64,000 bases of DNA, from the NCBI GenBank assembly GCA_002633005.1, contig NMRA01000092.1, forward strand, positions 547,219 to 611,218, in the 5' to 3' direction. A program made the translations under genes and the position numbers. A model generated the notes under the pieces. That model was not told the DNA's origin. It was given only the letters and a program-made list of their open reading frames with translations, and did not search any database. Shown in pieces: positions 1 to 14,354 of this stretch. How positions within the stretch are numbered: the first letter of the stretch is position 1; every line of letters starts with the position of its first letter. The stretch is from Phoronis australis. Lineage: Eukaryota > Animalia > Phoronida.

Positions 1-3000
1 AGTCAAACTTGTTTTAAAAATTTTGATCCTAGCAGTTAAGCTTGCTGCTGTGCCGTATGGTCAGAGTCAGTTGGTCTCACCCCCAAAGATTCGGAAACTT
101 TGACAGATTACACAAGACCATGCAATTTGTGAAAATAGTATAATGCTGCCGTCATAAACACATGATTTATTACATGTTTCAGTCAGTTCTGATCAGTTTT
201 AAATCTGTATATACTGTAAATAATAAGTATTTAATCTTCTTGAAGCACTTACCTGGTTTCACCCCAATAAGCTTATGCATTGTTTATCCTAAGCCCCAGT
301 GGTGCTGTTCACCATTGCCCTGTCTGGTTTCTTATGCATAGAGAATGTGTTGCTTTCCAGTTTATAACAGGCGATAGAGGGGGCAGTGAATGTGACATTG
401 TCCAATCATGCGGTAGCATTGCCCAGGAGTGATAATGGACTAGCTCATAGGAAGCTATCTTACATGTAAGGCTCACCTAGCTTCTGTTATATTTTTAAGT
501 GGCATGATGGAAGCATAACTTTGAATGTGGCACTCAATATTATCCACATGCTTTCAAGGCATGCTTTTGTCATGATAGAGCAACCACTAATCCTTGACTG
601 CCAACAAAGAAAAGAAAATATATCCAGTGTGAATTTCTATGCATGGTGATATAAGTTCACAGAGTCTTACATTTGCACAGTTATGCTAGACAAATTCTAA
701 TTACATCCCTGCAGTCTCAGCAGAAAGAGGGCAAAAAAGCTAGCTCTAAGTCCTAATGTCAAGGATGCCTTTCTGGAAATCCTGCCAATTTTTCAGGAGA
801 CAGTAAAAATTTTATCGTTGGGTCGTATGATGTTCTGAAACCATGTCGATTTGGTGTGCATGAAATTTGGGTCTGACTTACGAAACGCTATTAATAGGCT
901 GTTTATAGAAATTTGTAATGGTTTGGGTAATAAGCTTAAATGCACTGCTTTAGGCACCAAGATATTCCATTTGAGTGATTTTATCAAATTAATGCTAATG
1001 CTGCCTGCAGACAACCTCGACCTGACCCTTCTCAATCAATTAAAAATTTAATGAATTATATGCTATCCAAACTCTGAAAACCTTTTTTTCTGAAAAAGTT
1101 TAAAACATACATGGATCAAAACCTTGTAAGTTGTCAGCAGATAACTGCAAAAATTGTTGCCATGGGGCCAGGAAACCATGATATTGTCAACATTCATCTT
1201 TGTTGTTTTTCTGCCGGAGAGATCAGTTGCCACATTAGCAGAGACTTCAACTGTAACTCTTTGAAGCATGGTACAAAATTGGGTCTGTTGACCATTCATA
1301 CTAAGGTCAATGCATCGATGTTTTGGGTAGTTGTGTATGTTGTTAGTATGAACAGTTAACTTTGGTAATGGATCCAAAGAAACATCGCCAGTTGACTAAG
1401 TAATACACAGGTAGATTTAGCAGCATTTTGGCACGTTGTGAATGGTAAACTTCTGTCTCATCGAAGTTATCAGCAAGAGCCACTGCCATTGCAATTACTT
1501 CAATGACAACAGTGACACCTAGTGTTACTTAGATGCCCATTAACTACTGGTTACTATGTGAATGGTTCAATGAATTTGAGACTCCACTGGATGTCAGCAT
1601 GTGTAATGCTGGACAAAAGACTTCCCAGGATCCTTAACAATGGACCAGATTGATATCATCAGCATTTGAATACCCCCCCCCTTTCACTTGCCATCTGGAA
1701 AGCTGACTAGACAGAAAATGTTTATCAAAATGGCAATTAATTCATTCCAGAAGACCTGCAGAGGAATGGTCATCAGAGCTGCAATCCATTTCCAGGCTTA
1801 GACAGGACCTGATATCATCAATTCATAAATACCCTTGAATGTCAGGGACACCCAACAGAAAACAAACTAAATAGATGAGCAGATAGGCATGGGTAAATAT
1901 TGAGTCTATGCAATCAATCAGTAATAGCCAGCAACTTCACAAACTAAATGGGTTAGCCCACACATCCCAGCACTCAGTGCAGGAAATTTAGTTTAATAAT
2001 GCACCAACAAGACTTGTGACATGCCATAAAGACAGTGGATGGGGATGTTGGAGCAGTGAACAGGAATTTTTAATACATTTTTAACGAGGTAACAATCTCC
2101 CAGGAGGGTCCTCAGAGTGTTCACACGACACTGACTCCCTTTCAGTCACACAACACTGAGCCGCAGGTCTTGCAAAAGACCATACCCCCTTGTTTAGAAA
2201 AGCATCAGTGCCCTATCAGATTTTGTTTATTTATCCACATTGGTACTACCAGTGTTTTCATTTCAATCCTTATTTTACACAAATTTTTTCAACTTTCATT
2301 GGACTGAGTAAAGTATTACTGTTGTACCGCAAATTGAAATGTTGACACCAAAAATTTGATAAAGCTGTGTGGGCTGTGATGTATTGTCCTTCCTTGTCCG
2401 CCTCAGCTCAGAAACGTTTAGCAGCCTTACTTTTCGAAAGCTAGGTGACAGACAATATGTTTTTCTTCCTCTGCGATACAGCAGAGTTGAATTTAGGATG
2501 ACATGCCAATAATTGCTGTGTTTAATGTTTGTGCTCACAGTCAGTGGTCCTGATTTTAATGTCTAGACTTATATCATTACTGTTAAAATGTTATGTTCAT
2601 GAGTTCAGAACTGCACACCTGGTAGTTTGTAAGTGGATCAATGATTCTATTTATTGACTGGGATGTTTATCTGACCTGCAGGACAAGCAGCAGTTTTAAA
2701 AAAATCCTTTACTTTGACCCCAAGCGAGCTAAACCCCCCTTAAACCCTCCCTCCTCTAACTCTGCCACTGTATTTGACACTTCACAAATATAGTTGATTA
2801 TGATCCAAGGTAGCTATTTACACAGTCTGACACAATTAAGTTGGAATATGCTCCCAATCTTCACAACCATCATTTCTCAACTCAGTTTTGCTGCCTTCAT
2901 ACACTGCTTATGTTTTTGTGAAACAAAATCAGATGCTGTTTAATAATTTATGTTAACATCCTGTAACAATTTAACACTGTTATTTTTGTTCTTTGTTTTT

Positions 3001-3061
3001 ATTCAACAGCAGACTGATTGCTTTATTCTGGAGTAGCATTCATGAAGTGTATAGCAATCGT

Positions 3062-3380
3062 TCTTTTATTTTGCACAAAAATAATTGCCCGAAATTGTCA
3101 TTTTCCATTTTTCAAAGGCTGATTACGTTACTGCAAACAATGGAAAATTTACCAAAAGTTATTTTATGACATCTACACAGTACAAACCACAGTTTCTAAG
3201 TTACTAACAAGATAAGATATATCAGTCATTGTTTTTATAGAGAAATTTGATAACATGGAGTGTCATTTGGCTGGCCACATTGTGTACAGTACAAGCCAAA
3301 AGTATTCAGACAATATGACCCGACCTCCCTGCCATGATGGTGGAAACCAAATTTGTCAAAGTGGTCTTTACTCCTCACTA
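3062..3380 (+). repeat. Dispersed repeat R2, copy 1
   Basis: tgcacaaaaataattgcccgaaattgtcattttcca is identical at ~22355; the 3' part (aagccaaaagtattcagac) resembles ~56244. Confidence 0.7.
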
Positions 3381-4209
3381 AGAAAGAAGAGAATTTAACA
3401 GTAAAGTTTTGTAATAAGTGCCTGAATCCATAGATATAGAGAGATTGGGTGTTCTATAAATAGCTGCGAAGGTGCACAGCTCATGTCGAAGGTCACTGGG
3501 AAACGAACCAGCTTGGCCATAGGTGGATAAGGAACATTGGTATATTAAATGCAACATATTGACTAATAGGAACAAATGAAACAAAAAAATACCTTAAACA
3601 TTATAAACTTAAATTAAGGACTTGTAAGAAGAGGATTTTCATTTTCATTTCAAGATATCCTGAAAATGATACAACTGGAAATAGCACCAAAGTACATGCA
3701 TATTGGTATCTAGTATTTCTTCAGAATCCATACAAAGGTATCAAAGTTAGAGATCCTTTTAACGCTTTGGCATGCACGGTCTATAACACCTCGGTTCCAC
3801 CCGAGAAAATGGCCCCCAGCTATGTGCATACAACGTCACGTGATAGCTAATCTCTGTCTTAATATTTACCAATCACTTTTTGCGGTAGCAGAATTTAAGC
3901 CATCATGGTGGGAAAATGGTATTATGTCAGGTTACTTTAAAAAGTAACTATATTCTCTTTAGCAATTGATTTCTGAGGAGTTGGACATAATCTCTGCACG
4001 TATGACTGTTCTGTGGGGGAAATTCTTAGTATATTGACAATTTATTCTATAATAAATCTAACAACACCGTTTATAAAAAATGTAGTCAAAATAAGAGTCA
4101 CAAAGGACTGATTTACGCAGTACAGCTTTATGGTTTCAGTAACATGGCTTATATTTGATATGTATGAGTGGATTGTATTGTTGTCGGTGTGATCCATTGA
4201 AAGTAGGCT

Positions 4210-5352
4210 TAAACTAGGTGTTGAAGGGGTATTCTCTTTAACACACTACCTAAAATGGGAGTAATGAAAGGTATGATTCAAACATGCCAATGACAAGTCT
4301 CCTGTCTCTGCACACCCTCTCCAGAGGTTTTATGCAGGACATCAACATGTAAAACAAGTGCCAAAACTTGACAAATTCAGTTCCTGAGAATTGCATGGTT
4401 CAACCAGGACATCTGTAATAGTTGCTGTGGCAATGCTAACAATTTGTTTTTGTTACAACTTTTAAGGGCAGGCCAATCAATCAAATGAAAGGGCTCTGCA
4501 GAAGGACACCTGATGAAAGAAATTTAAAATTTAAAGGTGATATCCACCACGTAGAACATAAAACACTCCTGAACTTATGCTTATTTCACTAATGTGTTAG
4601 ATAGCCTGTAAAGGTTCGGTCAATCGATCACGGAGCTAGAGCTCCGCAAACATAATGTGAAAAATGGCCATCACAGCGCCATCTTACATCCGATTTTGCC
4701 CAAGAACAACAGTCCTCTGGCTACTGATTAGGTAAACACTGTCCAAAAACTTCAAGGCGATCAGACGAAAACTGTGATCTCTAACACAAATATGATAGGC
4801 TAACAAAGGGCAGCTGTAATTAATTAATCAACAAAAGAACAGTCATCTGAGCAGTAAATCTTGAATATCTGGAGAATGGTAAGTTGCAGCTAGTAATGAC
4901 TTTCACATACTGATAGCGCTTGGAAAGATTTATCCTCATATCAAATTTCAGACAGATCCGTCAAGGGACACGGAAGATATCACACAAAAACTTAAGTTAT
5001 TTGGAGACCAGTCCTCGGAAAATCTCGAATAACTCAAGAACAGTAAGATCTAGAGAAAAATAAACGAGACACTTGCAATAGCCTTTGGAATGATCTATCC
5101 ACTGAAAGAACAATCGGACCAAAAACAACAGAGCTAATTGACGCCACCAACGAAAAAAGAAAAATGTCTACCACAGCGCCATCTTATCAGATTTCTACAA
5201 AAGGCAATATGCTTCAAGCCATTCACGAGACACATGTATGTAAATTTAATGTTGTTCTGACAAACCTTGAGATTTGTAGCGTGCGAACAAGAAACAAATA
5301 AAAGACAAACAAATTTTATGGCAAAGCCCAATTTCATTTCACTAAGTAATAA
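4210..5352 (-). mobile_element. Probable older HINE-like element of a different family
   Basis: Minus-strand start ttattacttagtg...tttgtttgtc tract; internal agcgccatctta motif recurs at ~4675 and ~5175; near the other end a hairpin gtgttgaag...ctttaacac next to ctagtt (minus). Degenerate. Confidence 0.4.
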
Positions 5353-7007
5353 CAGGATGACTTTCAAAGCCCAGTCACCATTTCTTACCCAGTCCCCATT
5401 TTTAGGTCAGTGCTTCTCAATTGCTCAATAAAGATTTAGCCAATAAATTATGAACGTATCACAGTCTAGAAATAATTTATAGAAATTTTCTCAATAACTA
5501 GCAGTGATGCACAGAGTATATTCTGAGAGACTGCACTTTCACTCAAGTGTGATTTAATTATTTTTCAGAAATAGTTGTGTAGAGGTTAAGAACAAATTTC
5601 TGACATGAGTCTTAAAGCATTTTTCATGAAAGACTCCTGAAGCCAGTTCTGTCCATCACATTTGTTATCTGAAGATCCTTGGCAGTCTACGTTTCATGTT
5701 GGATGAAAAGGCCTGCTAATTATCATTAACAAAAAACTGCTAGTTTTGCTAACAAAACAGCTGCAGCTGTCAGAATGGATCCACCTGGATCATTAATGGC
5801 TGATCACCATGGCAGCCCTATTTAGACTTGCCTGGTGGGCATAAGGATGATGTAACATTGGTAGCTGGAATGAAGACAATTGCAACCTTCTTTATTTTCA
5901 CCAGATTGCTGCATCAAAGCAAGAAACAAAACATGTTGTAGAGTACATTACACACCCCCAACCCATTGTTAATGTTTCTTTGGGCATCTAACTTAACAGT
6001 GTCAACTGATAGTGTGATACACACATGTATACATTTTCCCCTCACTGCCTGACATTATGGTACACACTGATATCCACTTAATGTGTTAACAAGTCTATCA
6101 CATGGGGAGAAGCATCACCTCACTGCATCCGGCACTTAAACTGGTATTCATCTCATCCTTACCAAACTAACCATGTTCTCAAAAGCACCAAAGGAATGCC
6201 AGTGGATGTTGTCCATAGTTCCCTGGTCCTGTGGTCAAATACAGCCTTTAGATATGGCTTTTAGATACACTTTTTCTGACAAGCCATCATTCCTCTAATC
6301 AATAATCATAAATCAGTTCGTTCATATGTTCCTGGTCTTCTGATTTATATTTTCCTGCAGTTGTTATTCCCAACAATATTAACTTGCTCAAGGCACTGTC
6401 ATTTAGGTGTCTGGTTACAAAGAAATGACACTGTATGATATAGAAAGGACACACTAGGACCTGAGATGGTAACAATGTTTAGCTTTCCCTACTGAGGTTT
6501 TGATGTAGGGTCATGCTCATTCAAGGATACCCTATAACATATGGTACTATAGTGTTTAGATTATTTATTAGCTATTTTATGTCTTCACTGAAAAAATGTG
6601 ATCATAAATTTCAATCTACAATTGTGTGTTTAGTCTGCAAACATTGAAAATACTTGATGTGCACAGAATGTTATCATTCTTATTCTCGTCCACTTAATAT
6701 GAAATGATATTTAGATTCACTTCTTGTTGCCATATGATATAGTAGCAATCACTAATTCTAAAATTGAAAAGTTACAACCAGGCCTTAGCCGTAACTGTAA
6801 AGTTAATAAGAACATTTTTCACCATGAAAATGCTGAATTATGAAAATGTCATATTCTTTGATCAGTAGTAAGTTCAATTTCAGAAAATTATTAACTCTAA
6901 TAGCTTGAACCTTTTTGAATATGTTTAGGCCCATACTCCTTTATCAGAAATAGTACACTTTCTTTCAAACAACATTTTTTCTCTAATGTTTCATATATTG
7001 GTATTTT

Positions 7008-7231
7008 CATCTAAGCTTCAGTTGTGGGCACAAGCAGCTGACACTTGTGAATGACACATCTAAGCTTCAGTTGTGGGCACAAGCAGCTAACAAATGACAC
7101 ATCTAAGCTTCAGTTGTGGGCACAAGCAGCTGACAAATGACACATCTAAGCTTCAGTTGTGGGCACAAGCAGCTAACAAATGACACATCTAAGCTTCAGT
7201 TGTGGGCACAAGCAGCTAACACTTGTAAATG
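7008..7231. repeat. Minisatellite, 43-bp unit x5
   Basis: catctaagcttcagttgtgggcacaagcagct(a/g)acaaatgaca at 7008, 7057, 7100, 7143, 7186; first and last units carry 6 extra bases. Confidence 0.95.
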
Positions 7232-7243
7232 CCCATTTCTTCA

Positions 7244-7710
7244 GGTTATGTAGGACCCTAGAAAAATGTCCAGATTTAGGAACATCATATCTCAGAAATG
7301 GCTGACCAAATTTGTTCAAAACTTTCAGGTGTTATGCTTTATGCTCCATTCTCCAAAACCCTGTTAGGAATTGTTTTTAAAGTGATCAAATTTTTCTATT
7401 AGAAGCACTTACGAAAATGAAATACGTTAAAAACTGCGGCAATGTTTTGAGATTCCATTTTGAATTTTCATACCTAACAAAATTTGGTCGTTTTATGGAT
7501 TCTGTTCTTTCACTATTGATACACCATTACGTTTTACTAAATTTTATTAAAAAGACAATGACACGTAAACCAATGAATGGCAGATTGGTAAAAATCGAAT
7601 TCTAAAGTCTTTCTTCTTTCAGAAAATATATACTTGCACCGTGTTAAAATCTAAGCTTTTGTGGAGAGTGACCGAAATACACATACCTGTTGATGAGATC
7701 CTGCATAACC
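7244..7710 (+). mobile_element. Kolobok-like MITE family K1
   Basis: ttca|ggttatgtaggacc ... gatcctgcataacc|ttaa; GG...CC termini with TTAA-like TSD. Confidence 0.75.
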
Positions 7711-8882
7711 TTAAAGTCCACCATGAACAGTTACACACTGGAGTTTAGGTTGGGTTGGGCACCACTCTGCCACTAATTGCCACATGTAATAAAACTGAGT
7801 GTCTGCCTCTAGTGAAGCATGGCTGAGCTGACAGCTATTGTCAATTTAACAACAATGGAATAAACTAGCAGCTTATTCAATTGTTGTTGAACAGGTTGGA
7901 CTGAGCTATGAGCTCAGCTATGGCAATAACTATATGTTTGGCCATGGTTCACTTGAGGTACACAGCACAGCTAGTAGCTATTCCTCTGTCTTTTGTCCTT
8001 GGATGTATGTCTGTGAGAATCTTAATGTGGTGCTCTATTCAGACTGGTAATTCTATACAAATACTTTCCACCGAAGTGACAAAAATCCACCGAAGGAGGC
8101 CGTTAAATGACGTGCTTCTTTCCATTTTTTTTTCGTTTTTGTCTTTACTTACTCCTTATGAATACCTGCCAGCACCTGCCATTTTTGTAATGGATATGTC
8201 AGGTTTCACTCACATAATTTAACTTGTGATATAAATCTGCTCGTCATTTTGAATATTTCAAATCTTCACTTTTGTTCCTTTTCTACTATAATGGACCCTT
8301 CATTTTTAAGGGAGCCTCGGTAAGTGGAGATTACCTTAATCTCCTCAGTGATCAAAGTGAAAATTGCACCTCAACCAGTTGAAGTAAACAGATGGATTCA
8401 ACTGTGGTGTGGCCAGATGTTGATACAAGGTATTTCAAAGTTATGGAACACAAAAAGTAATTTAGATCTTTAATATACAAAAGCAGGTATAGCCTTGCAT
8501 ATTCAAACTGATGGCATGTGGGGATACTTTAAGTAAATCTTAGAAAACCAAACCTACAAACAACTTGAAATAACGCCAGATATAATGCTTTCTAGTGCTT
8601 TCAGGGCTTTACTCCAATTATTATACATTTTACTTTTTGTAATAAACATTTTATAAACAGGTTTATCATGACTTTTAATTGGTGAGAGCAGGATTTTTGT
8701 CTTAAACATCAACCATGTTTTCCAATGAGTTTATTTTGATTAACTGGCACAGAGTAGTAATTTCAATTTCACCATACATCTATGCTTAATTTTGATATTG
8801 ATAAGTCATTTTGTACATCCTCTGAACTTGACAAACTTCCAGAAGGGGAAGGTAAACCTCTGCTGGGCAACCTGTATGTTAT

Positions 8883-9339
8883 GGGGAATTGCCCTCAGTA
8901 TGAATGGTTACCTTCAGTTCTGGATCGAATTTAACAGTACCAGTTAACTTCGCAGTAATTAGGTGGATTTAACAGTAGAGCGTCGACGCTGCAGTGTGGT
9001 ATGAACGCTCAACTTCAGTACCACGGAAGTTATCGCCAGAGGCCACTGTTATCGTCAACAATTTAAGGGCAGTGTCGTCAATAATATTTGTTTATATTTT
9101 GTTCGAATAATTAGTTTTATGTCAATTAACATGTTCAAATGCTCTCACATTGACACATTAAAAATCTAAAGTATGCATGAGATGCATCAGTGCTACCTTA
9201 CGATTACTTTGATGATGGCGCCACGTACCGCTTACTTGGACACGGTTAACTAGCATAGATGGAATGAACGATTCAATTAACTTTGCATTTAAATGTTGAC
9301 GCTCCGCTCATACTGTAGTCAAGTCAGTACGAAAGGGCC
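8883..9339 (+). mobile_element. MITE family H1, 5'-truncated copy
   Basis: Shares tcaacttcagt, ggccactgtt, ttaagggcagtgtcgtc and terminal gaaagggcc with 38082-38605. Confidence 0.65.
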
Positions 9340-9752
9340 TAGAGAGAGTATGAGGTTTAGTGGCTGCCTATTAATAGTGCGTTTGTTTTGTTTGGAAATA
9401 TTTTTCAATGTTTAGCTAGAAACATGAAAAGTTTTATTAAATGCCAAACCCCAGTCAGCTTGGTTGAGAAAGAGGTTGAAATATGAAGTTTTACGTGGCG
9501 ACAGCAGTTGGTGCACACAAAGGTTTTTAAAAATATGTTTATCATACCAGTATTACGAAGTTTTATGAATCAGCAATAGTTTGTAAAGGTTTGTTATGAC
9601 CAAAATACAAGCACCCGTTCCTTTAATGGAGACAGTTAGTTTTGATTTTACTCTCTCCACGCCTTATTTATGTGATTGTGCGCTTAATGATTCACTTAAC
9701 AAATATTAGGTTAATGCTCACAGTGAATGCAGTGTTCTATGTAATTGGGATA

Positions 9753-11149
9753 CCGTATTCGCCGTAATAACCGCCCATGCCCCTATAAACGCCCTCCACG
9801 CGTTTTCAGACTTTGCTAAAATAAGTGCCCAGTCCATGAATGTGTACATGTGAAAAATGCCTTGCCAACAGTCCTAAAATTCTACAGTAACGTCTTCAAT
9901 TTATCAATAATATCTGACAGTCCTGAAAAAAATCACTGTGCGCAGAATTTGTAGACCACTTTAAACTTCCGCCATGCCTCAAAACGAACACAAAAGTTCT
10001 GCTGATATTGCGAGGACCAATGGTCTGGCCTTTCAGTATAGAAGTAGTGTACTTGTCTACGGGATTGCTTTGTAGATATTTCCGGCTTTCAACAGGAATC
10101 AAAATTTCTTTGTAGGCCTACACGTGAAAACCGCGAATCGAAGACTAACAAAAACTTGGCTAGTGTTAAAAGCACGTGGTCAGGAAGCGTGCGCTACATA
10201 CATGAACCTGTCATCAATTAGACATTAGTCAGGAACTATCAATTCATGAAACGGGTAGCATAGCATCGATAAGAAATGAATATTGGCAATAATGTCCGAC
10301 GGTTTGATTAACCATAATTGGTGTTTTTAAGCCAAATATCCGATAAAATGACCACTGACAGTGAATGCTTACACACCCGTACACCGAAAAATAACTGTCA
10401 GATAGTCACGTACGCATCCAGCCACACGGCGACTAATATGGCATGAGACCGGCAAGTGCTGAATGAAACTCGCTCTGGTTTAGGCTTACGGCTTGTGCAC
10501 ATTTCTTTGGATACAATGCACATCTAGCTCGTTAGATTGCGTGGCTCTGGCTAAATGACGGTCTCTGCTCTGGCAAATGAACTCTGGTGACACGCACTCG
10601 CTCGCTTACTCACAAATGTAGACAACTTCAAAACAAACGTCACGTGGCAACAACGTGTGTTCGTCCAGACATTTTTCTCATTGTGCCGATCATACAAGTA
10701 GATGGCACGATGTAGCACAGATTTGTACTTAAACCTGCCGTGATCCCGACTCCACAGGAACTTAAAAATCTTAGGGATGCTGTTTGGAAAACTTAAGGAG
10801 GATTTCAAGTAATTTGCTTGAGTTGAAACTGTATTTTTATTCAAGCATTCTCAAGTCGCCATATCGACAATTGTGAGGCAGGCAGTCGGCGAGTTTTCTC
10901 CCTGGGATTTCAGCACAATTTTCTGTAAAATGATCGTAATTTAGCACCAAAGTTTGATAGCAATGCACCACGGTTTTATAGAAAGTCTTTCATAGATTAC
11001 AGATAGGTCACAGAGCGTAAATATGATGAATATTAGCTTCCGATTTCACCCGTTTCGGAGACCGGGTTTCAACGGCCTTGAGTTGCTATAAGCGCCGCCC
11101 CGAAACGAATTTTTCTAAGCGCCGTGGGCGGTTATTATGGCGAATACGG
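9753..11149 (+). mobile_element. Non-autonomous Tc1/mariner/pogo-type MITE, family M1, full copy 1
   Basis: TA|ccgtattcgccgtaataaccgccca at the left end and tgggcggttattatggcgaatacgg|TA at the right end (~25-bp TIR, 1 mismatch, TA TSD). No transposase ORF; interior aligns with copies at 46329 and 62856. Confidence 0.9.
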
Positions 11150-12499
11150 TATGATATTTCCAGCCTCCATCAACAACCAGCCATTATTTGTTAAGAAGAG
11201 TGTTGTTTGGGAGAAACGTTTTTGAAGTTATTAGCTTTGAACAAAGCTATAAAACGACACAAGATGATCACGATTTAACCACTTGAAGGGATGCTTGTTA
11301 AATGATAAGTGAAGAAGCCTGTTAACACCGTGATTGCGTCACTGCCAGAACACATATATAATGATAATTAACAAAAGGCAGAAATTAGTTTGAATAAATA
11401 AGGTTGTGAATCAAAAACCGTACAACAATTCCACAGTGACGTAGACCAATGTAAATCAATAAGCCTAACCATTCACTAATTTTGTAATTAACTGTATTGG
11501 TGAATGATGGTCAGATATATTTCAGCAACCAAATTGAAATTACCGCTTGTTGCCATTTAATTAGGCTTTAAAGTCCAGTAAAAATCTTGTTTGCATAGGT
11601 TTGCTCATTACTTGTCCGTCTAAACACCTGCTGGCAAAAGTTGGTGCAGTTTGAGCACCAAAGTCTTCAGCCAATATTTAAACTTTTCACCTTCACATAC
11701 ATGACTTGTCAGCATTTTTTATAGCATTCTCTGTTCTGTGATACAATGAGGATTATTGTGAAATAAATCAGCTGTATATGCTTAATTTTACTTGTTGAAG
11801 AGGTGACGTCCCTATGTAAAGTTCATTCTCTCATATTTTACAAAAATCATGTTTCATGCTCTCATATTTTACAAAAATCATGTTTCAAAGTAAACCACCC
11901 TTATTACTGAAATGATGCAGCCTTTTAAATAATAATTGTTCACCCTGTAATATGCTAACTAATACGCTTAGCACAAAAACACTTTTTTTATACAGGTTGA
12001 CAATTGAAAATTATGGGACTCACTCCTTTAATTTACAGAAGCATGTACGACCTGGCACACTAATGCTTCAAAAATTTATTTGGCTATCTTTTCAGAAGAC
12101 CTTGTGTGGGAATATCACAAACGCAACTGAAATTTTCCTTTGCATACCTAACTTCGCACAAAAATTACTCTAGGAGTTTTTGTTGTATGAAGACATTTAG
12201 TAGCTTAGGAGACAATTGTTAACTGGTGGTGTGGATTTTAAACCATTCCATTGGTTTCTAAATGCTGTCCTTCGTACAAGGTGGTCTATTAGACTCCATT
12301 CCACCACTGACACCAGGCCTTATTTCATCTCAGGTGGTCCCCAATCATAGTTACAATAAGGTGCTTACAGCTATTATTAACATCTCTTGGTCTATTTACA
12401 CCTTCCTCTAGTCTACATACACTGTCATGACGCCTCGCACAAAAAATCACACCATGAGTGTACCACGTATCTGTGCTCGTTCTTCTAAGAACGCGGGAA

Positions 12500-12541
12500 C
12501 ACCTGACAATGGCCGGAGAAGAGACCGACCGAAACGTCGTG
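12500..12541 (+). ncRNA. Degenerate minimal hammerhead motif in a probable Penelope pseudo-LTR fragment
   Basis: CAC-CTGACAA-T-GGCCGG-agaagaga-CCGACC-GAAA-CG-TC^GTG; core reads CUGACAA instead of CUGANGA and stem II has one mismatch. Confidence 0.5.
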
Positions 12542-14354
12542 ACAGTGTATATAGACTAGAGGTCGATGTAAATAGACCAGGAGATTTTAATAATAGTTGT
12601 AATACGCCACCTCGGAGCGGTTTTAGGAATTCAATAAGGTGCTTGTTATTTTTCATTCCAGAAATTCACTTAGTTTTATCCTCAGGCATATATTGGTACA
12701 GTTAGCTGTAGCATTGTTATAAAGCTGTAATACAAATATATGGTTATGATGTGGGTAAAAACATGACAAATTAGGGCCTGACAAAAATTAATATCGATAA
12801 AAACTGCATGCTTCTTTGACTATTAACTTGTTTACGGGCACAAAAGCAATACCGCTATTCTGCAATTAAATTTGTGATGCCATCATATTGCAGCGATCAT
12901 TCACACGAGTCAAATTAAAGCATAATGAAAGAATGTCATCTGTTATCCAATTTCTCTGATTCTTCAATCCAGTTTTTACACTAAAGTTTGAGCACAGTTC
13001 ATGGTAAATTACCTGAAGTGGCTACATGTTCTTGGCAGTTTTGTGTATTTTAATGCTAGCTCACTGTAATTCTGAGCTAATTTTGCATTAACAAAGTTAT
13101 CACCATCTCCTGAAGTATATTACTTTACCAAACCAAAATATCAAGCAAATTACACGAGTGTACTGCTTTGAAATCGTCTGGCTTTCCTTTGTTAAAAAAG
13201 CACGAGAGTGGTGTGAGAAAATGTTAAGCGTGTGTTTCTTTTAAATGGCCATAATGGACACGGTAGGTGACATTTGATTAAAACTTACACGTGGTCAGAC
13301 CTGCTACATTTTAATGTAAGTTTCATTGTGAGAGGACTGACTGCAAATAGAGGTGTGGTGAATTGAAGAAGCAACTTTCGCTTTGTTTGCCATTTTTTAC
13401 CCACACCTATTCCTTATTAGCTCAGTGTTCTGACATTCACTCATACATAGTTACAACACTAGTATATGACAATGCAAAAATAATGCAGAGAATTAGCCCA
13501 GAAAACGAGTTATTATATCTAGGCTTAAATATACACAGCGATAAATAATGAATAAGTAAAAAATATAATGTTTAAAAATCAAATTATGGCTATAATCTAA
13601 GATGTGGCAACCATATAATGAAAAGTGAGTTATCAAAATGAGATCACGTCAGCTACGCTACAATAACAAAGAATCGTTTTGGGAGTCTTGCGTGTTCGTA
13701 GATTGTTCATATATCTACGGATAACTTCGTATTGTATGCTCTGGCAACGAATACAGCTATTTTATAATCTATTGTTTACCTCTTGCAAATGCAAGAAGTA
13801 AACAATAGTTTAGTAAGAACTCCAACTCCTTGACCGTGCCGTGGCCTGCAAGAGCTGTTTAAACGTCATCTCTGCTTTGAGTTCTTATTGAAAATCGTAA
13901 TTTTGAGACACCCTGTTTTTCCATTCAGGTATTTTTGAGTATTATGCAACGTTTAGTGCTATTCTTCTTACATTTGGTAAACATCAGTCTGCATAAAATA
14001 CTGCCTGGGGTGCTGAGTGACAGGATGTTTGTAAATGCGTAGGTGATCACATGGTAATATTTACAGCATTTCATCTGGGATGGCTTATCTATACATAAAC
14101 CGACAAATAAATTGGGTTTTACTTCTGACCTACACTTAGTGATTATTGAGTATAGTTGTACACCTTACCTGGATTGCTGCTAGGTAGATATCATTGTGAT
14201 CTGTGTCAGATACTGAAAGGTGAGTTACATGAAACACGAGTCTCAGCTTGCAGCAACAGCTTGATGCCGAAACATAAATGAGCTCAAACACCTGCTTTTA
14301 TTAAAAAAATGCTTAATAATTCAGCTGAAAGTAGTGCACACGTGATCTTTTTAA

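Noticed and set aside
30-110. tRNA or tRNA-derived SINE head (also 16270-16350 and 22085-22110)
   Set aside because: Only vague A-box-like words; no cloverleaf or convincing B box.
7008-7231. CRISPR array (also considered for 37255-37545, 44305-44470 and 54189-54403)
   Set aside because: No unique spacers, no cas genes, eukaryotic context; these are tandem repeats.
7244-7710. piggyBac assignment for the TTAA-flanked elements
   Set aside because: piggyBac termini are typically CC...GG; these begin GG or AGG and end CC or CCT.
11829-11887. Short direct duplications (also 25469-25539)
   Set aside because: Simple two-copy slippage duplications of ~30-40 bp with no further structure.
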